A program made the translations under genes and the position numbers. The notes below the pieces were generated by a model. The model was given only the letters and a program-made list of their open reading frames with translations. It had not been told where the DNA came from and made no database searches. Positions 8,690-17,561 of a stretch of 29,611 nucleotides of DNA are shown one piece after another. Position 1 is the first letter of the stretch, and each line of letters starts with the position of its first letter. This stretch comes from a virus (Duplodnaviria > Caudoviricetes), in IMG/VR virus record IMGVR_UViG_3300020045_011892, positions 1 to 29,611 of that record. One strand, 5' to 3'.

Positions 8690-8998
8690 ATGAGTGATAC
8701 AATTCAAAATGGCAAAGGACCAGAACCACGAAGATATAATCCCAAAAAATATGAAAAAAATTACCTAGAAATTAAATGGTCAGATATGCAAAATAAACTA
8801 GAAGAGATAAATAATCAAAAAAATATAGAATCTCAAATGACTATCGAAGAAATGAAATGGAAATTAAGAACACAAAATACTCAAATAGAACAACTTATAT
8901 CAAAAATAAATGAACAAAATATAAGAATCAATCAATTAGAAGCAGATAAAGCCCTATTTTTTGATTGTTGGAAAAAACTACTGGAGCCTAAAAGATAA
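8690..8998 (+). CDS. Hypothetical protein, coiled coil
   Basis: NGKGPEPRRYNPKKYEKNY N-terminus, then a heptad-rich C-terminus. Confidence 0.7.
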   Translation: MSDTIQNGKGPEPRRYNPKKYEKNYLEIKWSDMQNKLEEINNQKNIESQMTIEEMKWKLRTQNTQIEQLISKINEQNIRINQLEADKALFFDCWKKLLEPKR

Positions 8999-9384
8999 TG
9001 GAAAATGAAAATAAAGAAGAATTAGAAGAAATACCAGAAGAAAAAGAAATAAAACACCGAAAACATAAAAAGAAAAAAGAAGATATTGCAGAAGAATTAA
9101 AAACTATCCTATACCAACTCATCCACGGCACAGATACAGAAAATCCAGATAGAATCCGTGCCATTGCCTTACTTGACTCATTAACTGAAAAATCACAAAC
9201 AGAAAATAACACATATACCCTAAAAATAGAACTAATACCCTATACCACCACAACTACAACAACCCTAACTGATAAACAAATAAAACAATTACACCAAATA
9301 GAAAAAGATAATATAGAAAAAGAAAAATATAACGTCATTAAAGAAGATGATATAAATGAAGATGAAGCAGATATATTCAAATAA
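8998..9384 (+). CDS. Probable terminase small subunit
   Basis: Immediately upstream of terL; size; helical DRIRAIALL followed by a beta-like YTLKIELI segment. Confidence 0.55.
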   Translation: MENENKEELEEIPEEKEIKHRKHKKKKEDIAEELKTILYQLIHGTDTENPDRIRAIALLDSLTEKSQTENNTYTLKIELIPYTTTTTTTLTDKQIKQLHQIEKDNIEKEKYNVIKEDDINEDEADIFK

Positions 9385-9387
9385 ACA

Positions 9388-10617
9388 ATGACAACGAGAA
9401 ATAGAAAACAACACACCTGGCAATTATATAAAGAACAATGGGATTTCGTCAAAGCAACAGAAAAAGAAATAATGTTTAGTGGTGGGTTCGGAGCAGGAAA
9501 AAGCCTCACTCTTTGCCTAAAACTCCTCCAAGATGCCATAATTCCTAATAATTTTTGCTTACTTGCTCGAAAAACTCTCACTGACCTAAAAGATTCTACA
9601 CTCAGGACTCTATTATATGGCTCAGGTAAATGCCCACCAATACTACCAAAAGGAACCTATAAACATGACAAAATTAATTCCCTAATACACTTATATAACG
9701 GTGGAACTATAAAATATACAGGAATCGAAAACCTAAAAGTAAGATCAATAAATGCAGGCATAGTAGCAATTGATGAAGTAGTAGAGCTAAATGAAGATGA
9801 ATATATATCACTATTTTCTCGATTAAGATGTGATGTGGGCAGTAGGAGGATGATTATGGCAACAAATCCTGGCTCACAAAATCATTTCCTTTATAATAGA
9901 TTTTTTATTGATAACACTGAAAAAAAACGAAAAGTAATTACATGTGACTCAAGAAATAATATATATAACCCTCAAGACTATACAGATTCTCTCAACGAAT
10001 TCACTGGTGTCAGAAGATTAAAATACCTTGAAGGATTATGGGCAAACTTAGATAATATAATATATCCTACATTTATTAAAGAAAAAAATGTAAAACACGT
10101 GGATGCAACACTTTATAAAGAATTCGTCATTGGTGTTGATGCAGGTTATAATCATCCAGCAGCTTTAGTATTGATGGGTAGAGATGAATTTAATAATTTG
10201 CACGTTTTTGATGAATGGAGAGAAAGAGAACAATTAAATAGCCAAATAATAAAAGCTGCTAAAAAATGGATAGACTACACTAATATCATATCTATAGATC
10301 CAAGTGCAGCATCTTTACAAGCAGAGGCAGAGTCACAAGGTTTCAAGACAGAGCATGCTAAAAACGAAGTGGATAAAGGTATAGATTTAATTAGAGATTA
10401 TTTTGGTAGAGTAAAATTAACCATATCACCATCATGCCAAAAACTAATAAATGAACTAGAAAATTACTCATATGACGATAATAAAAAGGTAAGTAAAGAA
10501 AATGATGACCTTTGTGACTCCCTTAGATATGCTGGTTTATATTACTTGCATGACTTATTAACACCAAAAAAACTCAATTTTGCCTATTTCCCTGACAATC
10601 CTGAAGAACTTGATTGA
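9388..10617 (+). CDS. terL: Terminase large subunit (PBSX-like)
   Basis: Walker A SGGFGAGKS, Walker B IVAIDE, coupling motif ATNP, nuclease motifs IGVDAGYNHP, IDPSA and NDDLCDSLRY. Confidence 0.97.
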   Translation: MTTRNRKQHTWQLYKEQWDFVKATEKEIMFSGGFGAGKSLTLCLKLLQDAIIPNNFCLLARKTLTDLKDSTLRTLLYGSGKCPPILPKGTYKHDKINSLIHLYNGGTIKYTGIENLKVRSINAGIVAIDEVVELNEDEYISLFSRLRCDVGSRRMIMATNPGSQNHFLYNRFFIDNTEKKRKVITCDSRNNIYNPQDYTDSLNEFTGVRRLKYLEGLWANLDNIIYPTFIKEKNVKHVDATLYKEFVIGVDAGYNHPAALVLMGRDEFNNLHVFDEWREREQLNSQIIKAAKKWIDYTNIISIDPSAASLQAEAESQGFKTEHAKNEVDKGIDLIRDYFGRVKLTISPSCQKLINELENYSYDDNKKVSKENDDLCDSLRYAGLYYLHDLLTPKKLNFAYFPDNPEELD

Positions 10618-10767
10618 AATATATAGAAGAAACATGATCCTTATATACTCAATTATTTCATTCAAAGAGGTGTGCAATTTTTTTTTGTCCTATGTCGGAT
10701 TTTGCTACACATTGTCTCATTTTGTTACATACCTCCATTTTCCCATTATTTTAACTGAATCTTATTA

Positions 10768-10794
10768 TACTTATCCTACTTATCCTACTTATCC
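10768..10794 (+). repeat. Tandem repeat (TACTTATCC)x3
   Basis: Three perfect 9-mers at 10768, 10777 and 10786. Confidence 0.9.
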
Positions 10795-10799
10795 TTCAC

Positions 10800-11191
10800 T
10801 GTGCCTTATCTGTTGCTTATTTTTGCCCAATTAAATCAAGTATATCAAGTCATTCAAGTATTCTCAAGTATATCTCTGTGGCAAAATATAATACAATAGG
10901 GGACAAATGAGAGTATATGATAACTTGTGATGTTTACATATTCCTGTTTATTCGACATTGCTTCTATACATTCTCCCTAACTATCACAAAATCAAGCACT
11001 TATATCATTCCAACTTGAGCTTCTATGTTAAAATCAAGAGGAAATCAAGTTATTATGTAGAAACTGATAGAAAAGATGCAAGTTATTATTAGTATACTGG
11101 GCAACAAATTAAGCAAAAATAAGGCACAAACAAGTAGGAATGAGAGTAAACAAGCAAGAATCGTCCCCTATCTGTATTAAACTATGCCACA
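10800..11191. repeat. Two interleaved imperfect inverted repeats of about 30 bp (A 10800-10829 / A' 11098-11128; B 10877-10904 / B' 11163-11191) plus 4x TCAAGT
   Basis: TGTGCCTTAT..TTGCTTA..TTGCCCA and TGTGGCA..TAATACA.ATAGGGGAC each recur reverse-complemented; TCAAGT at 10836, 10845, 10854 and 10864. Confidence 0.85.
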
Positions 11192-11211
11192 AATGAAATA
11201 AATTAAATAAA

Positions 11212-11223
11212 AATAATACTAAT
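11212..11223 (+). promoter_or_regulatory. Candidate late-promoter motif AATAATACTAAT (portal)
   Basis: Identical 12-mer upstream of the portal, capsid, tail tube and putative lysis genes. Confidence 0.6.
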
Positions 11224-11277
11224 ATACATGTGGACAACCTATATCATCATTCTCTAAAATCTCTAAAAGGTTAAATA

Positions 11278-12528
11278 ATGTCACTTTCTAATTTTTTCAC
11301 TAAACATATACCATTTCTAAATACAAAATCAGCAAATATACAACAATCCTCAACACCAATACAACCATACCAACTAATATCAAATAATTACTCAATAACC
11401 TGTCACACCCCAAGAACATTAGTAGCACAAAATAATCACTGGGTAAATGTATGTGTAAATAAAACAAGTAATATAATAGCAACAATTGAACCAAAACTAT
11501 ACTATCAAAATAAATCAGGCAAAAAAGTATTAAATGGAAAACAAATTAAAGATGACCTAGTTGAAATAATTGATCATCCTATACTTAATATCCTAAAAAA
11601 AGTAAATCCAAGTCTTAATTACACTGATTTTATTTCACTCATTCAACAATATTTACAACTTATTGGTAATGCATATGTATATCTCAAGAAGAATAATAAT
11701 AACTTGGTTGAATTATATCCTTTACTTGCAGAATATGTGACAATTATTTTAGATACACAAGGACAAATAAGTAAATATAAGTATGAAAATCCGTATACAA
11801 ATAAAGAAATAATATATGGAAAAGATGAGATAATACACTTTTCTAATTATCAAGCAGGCAATTTAATAAGTGGACGTGGAGAGCTTGAGGGATGTATTGC
11901 TGCTGTTGAAAGATATAATTATTATGATATTAGTGAAGTATATACAAGTAAAAATATGGCAAGACCTGATTTTATAGTATCATTCAAGCAAAATTTAAGT
12001 GAGAAAGAACAAAGAGATATAACCAATGCATTTTTTAAGAAATTTGGGACCAGTAAAAATATAGGTAAACCATTAGTAACGAGTGAATGTAGTATTATAC
12101 CTATTGGATTTGCACCTAAAGACATGGATTATCAAAATGGTAGAAATTGGGCAAGAAATGAGATTATTAATTCATTTGGTGTGCCTGAGAGTATTGTATC
12201 ATTAAATTCAAGTAATTATGCATCGGCTCAAGTATCTAATTATCAATACTTTACATATACAATTATTCCCAAGTTAAGAAAAATGTATGAGAAGATAAAT
12301 GAAGTAATAATGCCGATGTATGATGATAAGTTATTTTTATGGTTTGAAGAAAATATAGAAGTTGACCCTGAGATACAAGCAAGAATATTAACGACTTATA
12401 AAAATGCAGGAGTAATGCAAACAAACGAAATAAGAGAAAAACTTGGATTAGAAGCTTTAGAAGATGAAGAAACATATATAATAACAGATACAACTAAAAC
12501 GACTACAACAATGAAAGAAGATAAATAA
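11278..12528 (+). CDS. Portal protein, HK97 family
   Basis: WVNVCV..TSNIIA, HPILNILKKVNP, LQLIGNAY, LYPL, EIIHF, EIINSFGVP, SNYAS, TIIPKL, GVMQTNEIREKLGLEAL. Confidence 0.96.
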   Translation: MSLSNFFTKHIPFLNTKSANIQQSSTPIQPYQLISNNYSITCHTPRTLVAQNNHWVNVCVNKTSNIIATIEPKLYYQNKSGKKVLNGKQIKDDLVEIIDHPILNILKKVNPSLNYTDFISLIQQYLQLIGNAYVYLKKNNNNLVELYPLLAEYVTIILDTQGQISKYKYENPYTNKEIIYGKDEIIHFSNYQAGNLISGRGELEGCIAAVERYNYYDISEVYTSKNMARPDFIVSFKQNLSEKEQRDITNAFFKKFGTSKNIGKPLVTSECSIIPIGFAPKDMDYQNGRNWARNEIINSFGVPESIVSLNSSNYASAQVSNYQYFTYTIIPKLRKMYEKINEVIMPMYDDKLFLWFEENIEVDPEIQARILTTYKNAGVMQTNEIREKLGLEALEDEETYIITDTTKTTTTMKEDK

Positions 12529-12529
12529 A

Positions 12530-13225
12530 ATGATAACACAAGGATTAATAGAGGATAAGCCGGGTATTTATTGTATAGAGAATATAATAAATAAAAAGAA
12601 ATATATTGGAAGTGCTAAAAGTATAGAAAAAAGAAGAAACGTGCATTTATGTGAATTAAGAGCAAATAAACATAAAAACTCTTATCTTCAGTATTCTTTT
12701 AATAAATATGGAGAGGGTTGTTTCGTGTTTTATCCTATATGTTATTGCAAAATAGAAGAATTGATAACAAAAGAAAATGAATATATGAAATTATTTAATT
12801 CAGTAGATAGAAAAAATGGATATAACTTAAAGAATGCAACTCAAACAGTAATATCTGAAGAAACAAGAAAAAAGCTTTCATTAGGACGTAAGGGTAAGAA
12901 AGCAACACCAGAACAGTTAAAAAGAATGTCTGATGCTAGAAAAGGATTTAAAAATTCAGAAGAGTCAAAAATTAAAGTTTCTAAATCTTTAATGGGTCAT
13001 GCTGTATCCGAAGAAACTAGAAAAAAAATAATTGCAACACAGAGCATAAAAATAGATCAATTGGATTTAGATGGAAATTATATAAAAACATTTGATTCAT
13101 GTACGGCAGCAGCAAAAGAACTTGGTAAAAAAATAAAAGGAAATATAAATCAAGTCTGTAATGGAAAAGCATATAGAAAAACAGCCAGTGGATTTAAGTG
13201 GAGGTATAATGAAAAATCAAGTTAA
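12530..13225 (+). CDS. Free-standing GIY-YIG homing endonuclease with NUMOD3 and NUMOD1 domains
   Basis: GIYCIENIINKKKYIGS, HKNSYLQYSFNKYG, GYNL, SEETRKK repeats, IDQLDLDGNYIKTFDS...GFKWRY. Confidence 0.95.
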   Translation: MITQGLIEDKPGIYCIENIINKKKYIGSAKSIEKRRNVHLCELRANKHKNSYLQYSFNKYGEGCFVFYPICYCKIEELITKENEYMKLFNSVDRKNGYNLKNATQTVISEETRKKLSLGRKGKKATPEQLKRMSDARKGFKNSEESKIKVSKSLMGHAVSEETRKKIIATQSIKIDQLDLDGNYIKTFDSCTAAAKELGKKIKGNINQVCNGKAYRKTASGFKWRYNEKSS

Positions 13226-14051
13226 GTTACGTGATTTGAAGAATTTTTTAGGTGAGATGGACAATATTCAAGAAAATAACGATGAAGTATTGGTAAGAAA
13301 GCAAGTAACTGAAGGAATAAATGAATTAGGTGAGAGAGAATTTGATGCAGTTATTTCAAATAATTCAGTAGATGCAGACGGTGATATATTAATGCCTCTT
13401 GGTTGTGATATGTCTAAATTTCTAAAAAATCCGGTGGTACTTTTCGGACATGTGCATAATCAACCACCCGTAGGAAAAATAATAGCCCTAAAAGTAACAG
13501 AAAAAGAGATAAGTGCAAGGATAAAGATGGCAGAGACAGCTTTTGCAGAAGAGTTGTGGTCTTTAATTAAGGGGGGTTTTATTCGTGCTCACAGTATAGG
13601 TTTCACAATAAAAGATGCTGTAATTAGAGGAACCAAGGAATTTAATGAGTTTATTATCAAAAATCACATGCAAGTAACAGATAATTGCAATAGAATTATA
13701 AAATCTTTTACTTTATACGAGGACTCCGTTGTGAGTATACCTAGCAATTCTGAGGCACTTATAACAGCAATTTCAACAAAGAGTATAAATATTAGTGATA
13801 AATTGGCAAAAGAGATGGGTATTTCTGCTATATCCTCTGTTCCTATTATTTTAAACGAGGATAAGGATATTTCAATTCCGATTATAGAAGAAAAAGAGAA
13901 GAAGGAAGAGGATGTCCAGATTTCGATTAAAGAAAATAAAGAAATTGAGAAGATTGAATATAAAGTGGTTCGAAAAGGTGGGTATGTAAACGAAGAATTG
14001 GTAACGAAGACGATTAAAGAAATAAAAAGTGGAAAAATAATACTAATTTAG
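13209..14051 (+). CDS. Prohead maturation protease, HK97 family (start moved from 13161 to ATG 13209)
   Basis: VDADGDIL, FLKNPVVLFGH, PPVGK, GFIRAHSIGF, LYEDSVVSIPSN; RBS GGAGGT before 13209. Confidence 0.94.
   Translation: MKNQVKLRDLKNFLGEMDNIQENNDEVLVRKQVTEGINELGEREFDAVISNNSVDADGDILMPLGCDMSKFLKNPVVLFGHVHNQPPVGKIIALKVTEKEISARIKMAETAFAEELWSLIKGGFIRAHSIGFTIKDAVIRGTKEFNEFIIKNHMQVTDNCNRIIKSFTLYEDSVVSIPSNSEALITAISTKSINISDKLAKEMGISAISSVPIILNEDKDISIPIIEEKEKKEEDVQISIKENKEIEKIEYKVVRKGGYVNEELVTKTIKEIKSGKIILI
14036..14047 (+). promoter_or_regulatory. Candidate late-promoter motif AATAATACTAAT (capsid)
   Basis: At the 3' end of the protease gene, upstream of capsid gene 1. Confidence 0.6.
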
Positions 14052-14052
14052 G

Positions 14053-14107
14053 TGTCAGCATTAAAAAGTTATAGATTTAGTTCTATCACTCATTTTTAAT
14101 TATGACA
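14053..14107 (+). promoter_or_regulatory. Long imperfect leader stem-loop just before the capsid RBS
   Basis: Nested TGTCA/TGACA, ATTAAAAA/TTTTTAAT and ATAGA/TCTAT. Confidence 0.6.
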
Positions 14108-14121
14108 TGTAGGAGAGAGAT

Positions 14122-15324
14122 ATGCAGGTTAAGTTAATTAAAGTAGTTCCTGAAATTGAGGTTGAAGTAGAATCGGTTATTGAAGTTACTGAGGATATTG
14201 GAAAATCACTAATATCTAAAGGGCAGGCAATAGAGTTTACTGATAAAATTGAAAAACAGGAACAAGAAGAATATATAAATAAGAAATTAGGAGAGATAAA
14301 AATGAGTGATAAAGTAGAAGTAGAAGTTAAAGGTCAGGAAAATGTGCAGATTGAAGTAAAAGCACCGGCAATACAGAAAAAATCATTTGGTGAAACTATA
14401 CAAATGATAACAAAGGCAACAACTGGTCAAAATATTACTACGGCAGCCGATGGTGGTTATTTAACATATACAGAACTTTGGAGAGATATTGTTACTGCTC
14501 CAATTCCTACAGGTAAAGTATGGCAGGACTGTACTAAAATCGAACTTGGTGATAGAGCCACAGCAATTAAAATACCTTATCTAAACAATACAGGTAACTC
14601 AAGCACTTCAGCACCAAGAGCATATGCAGTAGCCGAAGGTGATCAGAAAACAGTAACTAAGCTGGCATTCGGAGCTAACACACTGACTCTTTTCAAACAG
14701 GTCATGAGAGTACCTTTAACATGGGAAATTATGGAAGACGTAAATATTCTTGAAAATTACGTAAAAGTTCAATGTCGTAATAAATTGGGCTGGATGCTAG
14801 ATGACCTTGTTTTTAATGGGGTTGCAGCTACAAATGGTTATATTGGTGTACTTAATGCAGGGGCAAATGCTTTTAGGGCTGCTGCTACTGTTGCTGCTAC
14901 AATGACATATGCCTCACTAGTAAACCTAATTGCTGGTGTGCTTCCTGAGTATCGTGCAGGTGCTAAATTCTATGTTTCTAATGCTGCATGGAGAAGTATC
15001 CTACAACTAAACACACTAAGTTCTGTTTCAATGCCCTCCAATATGCTTGTTTCTTTGGATGGTAATAGCATTCTTGGTTATCCTGTAGTAGTTTGTGAGC
15101 AACTTCCGGCACTAACAACTGTAGGGGATATTATTTTTGGTAATCCCTCTACTTATTATGTTGCCTACAAAGGGACTCCCAAAGAACTAATGGATTCCTC
15201 AATTCGTTGGGATTATAACGAGTCCGAACTTATTTTCGAATTCAGGTCTGCTGGTGCTCCTATGGTTCCTAAACAGACACTAGTTGATGCTACAATTGCT
15301 GGTGGGTTTGCTGCAAGGTCATAA
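14122..15324 (+). CDS. Major capsid protein 1, HK97 fold
   Basis: ADGGYL, AVAEGDQK, VPLTWEIMED, DDLVFNG, ILGYPVVVCEQLP, GDIIFGN; follows the protease gene. Confidence 0.95.
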   Translation: MQVKLIKVVPEIEVEVESVIEVTEDIGKSLISKGQAIEFTDKIEKQEQEEYINKKLGEIKMSDKVEVEVKGQENVQIEVKAPAIQKKSFGETIQMITKATTGQNITTAADGGYLTYTELWRDIVTAPIPTGKVWQDCTKIELGDRATAIKIPYLNNTGNSSTSAPRAYAVAEGDQKTVTKLAFGANTLTLFKQVMRVPLTWEIMEDVNILENYVKVQCRNKLGWMLDDLVFNGVAATNGYIGVLNAGANAFRAAATVAATMTYASLVNLIAGVLPEYRAGAKFYVSNAAWRSILQLNTLSSVSMPSNMLVSLDGNSILGYPVVVCEQLPALTTVGDIIFGNPSTYYVAYKGTPKELMDSSIRWDYNESELIFEFRSAGAPMVPKQTLVDATIAGGFAARS

Positions 15325-15335
15325 TTGATTGAAAT

Positions 15336-15370
15336 AAAGGGGCTTGATTAAAACCCAAGCCCCTTTTTCT
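15336..15370 (+). terminator. Rho-independent terminator between the two capsid genes
   Basis: AAAGGGGCTTG-9 nt-CAAGCCCCTTT followed by TTCT. Confidence 0.85.
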
Positions 15371-15431
15371 AAACCAGAAGGAAACTGGTTGAAGTGGTAG
15401 TGAAAAAACATTAAGAAGGAAACTTAATAAA

Positions 15432-16706
15432 ATGGAAACAAAAGATATAAGTTTAGGGATGTTCGTTCAGGAATTTGTAAAGAGAAATACTAATAGACCG
15501 TATAACCAAGAGATATTAACGAAAGCAGTGACAGGAATTAATGAAGGGACAGCAAGTGAGGGAGCCGAATTAGTTGCTTATGATATAGTTAAGGACTTTT
15601 TATATACGGCTCAACAAGGTTCGGTTTTATATGCTAAGGCTAAAAAGATTGGTTCTCCTAAATACGGAATTAAAATACCTTATCTTTACGAAGCAGATAG
15701 ACTAAATGAGACAACTACAGGTATACGTGGTTATTTTGTAGGTGAAGGTGAGCAGAAGACTATTTCTAAAGCACAATTTGACCAAAGGAGTTTTCAATTA
15801 AGCAAGTTGGTCATTCGAATTCCTGCTTCTTGGGAAATTTTGGAAGATGTAGTAGCCTTGGAAGGATTTTTACGTCAGTTTGCAATGGAGAGATTAGCAT
15901 GGTACATTGATTATGCTATACTTTACGGTTCTACAAAAATTGAAGGTATATTCTCTGCAAATTGTGGTGGTGTGGTTCAGGCAACTTCAGCAGACCCATT
16001 GACAGTAGCAGTTTTACAAAATTTTGAGAAAAAACTGGCTCCTGCTGTTCAAAAAAATGCAGAATGGTATTTATCTAAGGAAAATTGGAATGATATCATA
16101 GATTTAATATTGGATGCAAGCTCTAACAAGTGGATTTCATGGGATGCTGGTGTTCCTTATATAATGGGACACAAGGTTAACGTCATGGAGCAACTAACTG
16201 GAGTTTATGGTATTATCCTTGGAGACTTTAGCCAGTATTGTGTAACAGAGACTCAAGTAAAAAACAGAATGTCAATTGGTTTTAGATGGGATTATAATGA
16301 GCAGGAAATTCTTATGGAAGTAAGATTTTCTGGTGCTTCATTTGGCTCTGTTTATACTCTTGATGATGGTAGTGAAGTAGGACAGTTTGTTATTGCTAAT
16401 GATACACCTGCAATGGAATCAAGTTCAAGCCAATCTGATAGCTCTGAGTCATTCTCTATAAGTGATTCAACAAGTTCCGGTTCAAGTGGCTCAGTTTCTT
16501 CAAGCTCAACAACTGGAGTAAGTGAGAGCAGTGAGAGCAGTGAATCAAGCACCACAAGTTCAAGCTCTAGTTGGTCTATGGTAAGTGATTTGAGTAATTC
16601 TGAGAGCACAATTGATTCGGACAAGTCACAATCAAGTATAAGTAACTCAAGTTTAACTGACCTAGCACATTCCGGTTCAAGTGCTTCAAGTTCTAGCCAG
16701 AGTTAA
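15432..16706 (+). CDS. Capsid protein paralogue 2 (HK97 fold) with Ser-rich C-terminal tail of about 95 aa
   Basis: Aligns by eye with capsid 1 (IKIPYL, EGEQKT, WEILEDV, RWDYNE); Ser-rich 16419-16703. Confidence 0.92.
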   Translation: METKDISLGMFVQEFVKRNTNRPYNQEILTKAVTGINEGTASEGAELVAYDIVKDFLYTAQQGSVLYAKAKKIGSPKYGIKIPYLYEADRLNETTTGIRGYFVGEGEQKTISKAQFDQRSFQLSKLVIRIPASWEILEDVVALEGFLRQFAMERLAWYIDYAILYGSTKIEGIFSANCGGVVQATSADPLTVAVLQNFEKKLAPAVQKNAEWYLSKENWNDIIDLILDASSNKWISWDAGVPYIMGHKVNVMEQLTGVYGIILGDFSQYCVTETQVKNRMSIGFRWDYNEQEILMEVRFSGASFGSVYTLDDGSEVGQFVIANDTPAMESSSSQSDSSESFSISDSTSSGSSGSVSSSSTTGVSESSESSESSTTSSSSSWSMVSDLSNSESTIDSDKSQSSISNSSLTDLAHSGSSASSSSQS

Positions 16707-16730
16707 TTAAACTTATGAGGAGGATCTCTT

Positions 16731-17561
16731 ATGAGTTTATTAACCTTAGCCGAATACAAAACCTTAACTAATACTACTGATGGGACTTATGATGCTTATA
16801 TAACTTCTCTTCTACCTGTTGTCCAATCTCAAGTAGAAGAATATTGTGATAGGCATTTTGATAAGGATATATACAATCAGTGGTTTTTTGTTGACGGAGA
16901 ATTACCTTGGATTACTCTTCCTGAATATCCTGTTACTGACCTATTGTTTACTGGAGTGCCAAGAAACGTAGCAACTTTAACAATAACAGGAAATTATAAT
17001 GTTGAAGTAAAGGGTGATTCTGTTACTGTTACAAATTTACTTAATTATAATCAGGATACTTATACATTTGATAGTCAGCCCACACTTGCAGATTTGAAGA
17101 CTGAGATTGAAGATGATTATGGTCCTCAAATAAGTGTAAGTTTGGTAAGTGGATATGAGACGACATTAAGTAAGTTTTTGAAGCAGGGAAATAACTTGGA
17201 TTGGTATGCTGCTGTGACTGAGGATATTGCAATAAGATTAATGGATAGGAGTGACAGGACGGTATTGGTGCCTTATTACTCATATACTTATTGTTTTGTT
17301 GATCCCTATGCCTACTACGGTAATATATTATTGATTTGGCAGGCTGGGTATTTGACGGCTGATGTTCCACAAGATTTAAAAATGATATGTGCAATGATTA
17401 TTAAGGATTATATCAGTTTGGCTAAAAATGCAAATCTTGGGTTATTTAAGTCTGAGTCCATCACTAATTATTCTTATACTTTAGGTGATATTAAGGAGAT
17501 AAAAAATATACTTGGGAATTATTCTTTGCAATTAGAGGCTTACAGAAAAAAGAATATATAA
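16731..17561 (+). CDS. Head-tail connector/adaptor (HK97 gp6/SPP1 gp15-like) with internal insertion
   Basis: LLTLAEYK, VEEYCDRHF, WQAGY..VPQDLK, KSESITNYSYT, LEAYRK. Confidence 0.88.
   Translation: MSLLTLAEYKTLTNTTDGTYDAYITSLLPVVQSQVEEYCDRHFDKDIYNQWFFVDGELPWITLPEYPVTDLLFTGVPRNVATLTITGNYNVEVKGDSVTVTNLLNYNQDTYTFDSQPTLADLKTEIEDDYGPQISVSLVSGYETTLSKFLKQGNNLDWYAAVTEDIAIRLMDRSDRTVLVPYYSYTYCFVDPYAYYGNILLIWQAGYLTADVPQDLKMICAMIIKDYISLAKNANLGLFKSESITNYSYTLGDIKEIKNILGNYSLQLEAYRKKNI

Noticed and set aside
10580-10834. 84-aa ORF with YPTYPTYPS
   Set aside because: TTG start inside terL; the peptide repeat is just the 9-bp DNA repeat and the T-rich flank. It cannot be fully excluded
10768-11191. CRISPR array
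   Set aside because: Repeats are short tandem or inverted, with no repeat-spacer periodicity and no cas genes
10877-11191. Sigma-54 promoters at the TGGCA of arms B and B'
   Set aside because: No TTGC at the -12 position
9241-12512. Thr runs in the putative TerS (TTTTTTT) and portal C-terminus (TTKTTTT) as glycan acceptors
   Set aside because: Too short to distinguish from local A/C compositional bias
12530-13225. Group I intron or intein housing the GIY-YIG gene
   Set aside because: Portal and protease are each intact and abut the ORF, leaving no room for intron core sequence
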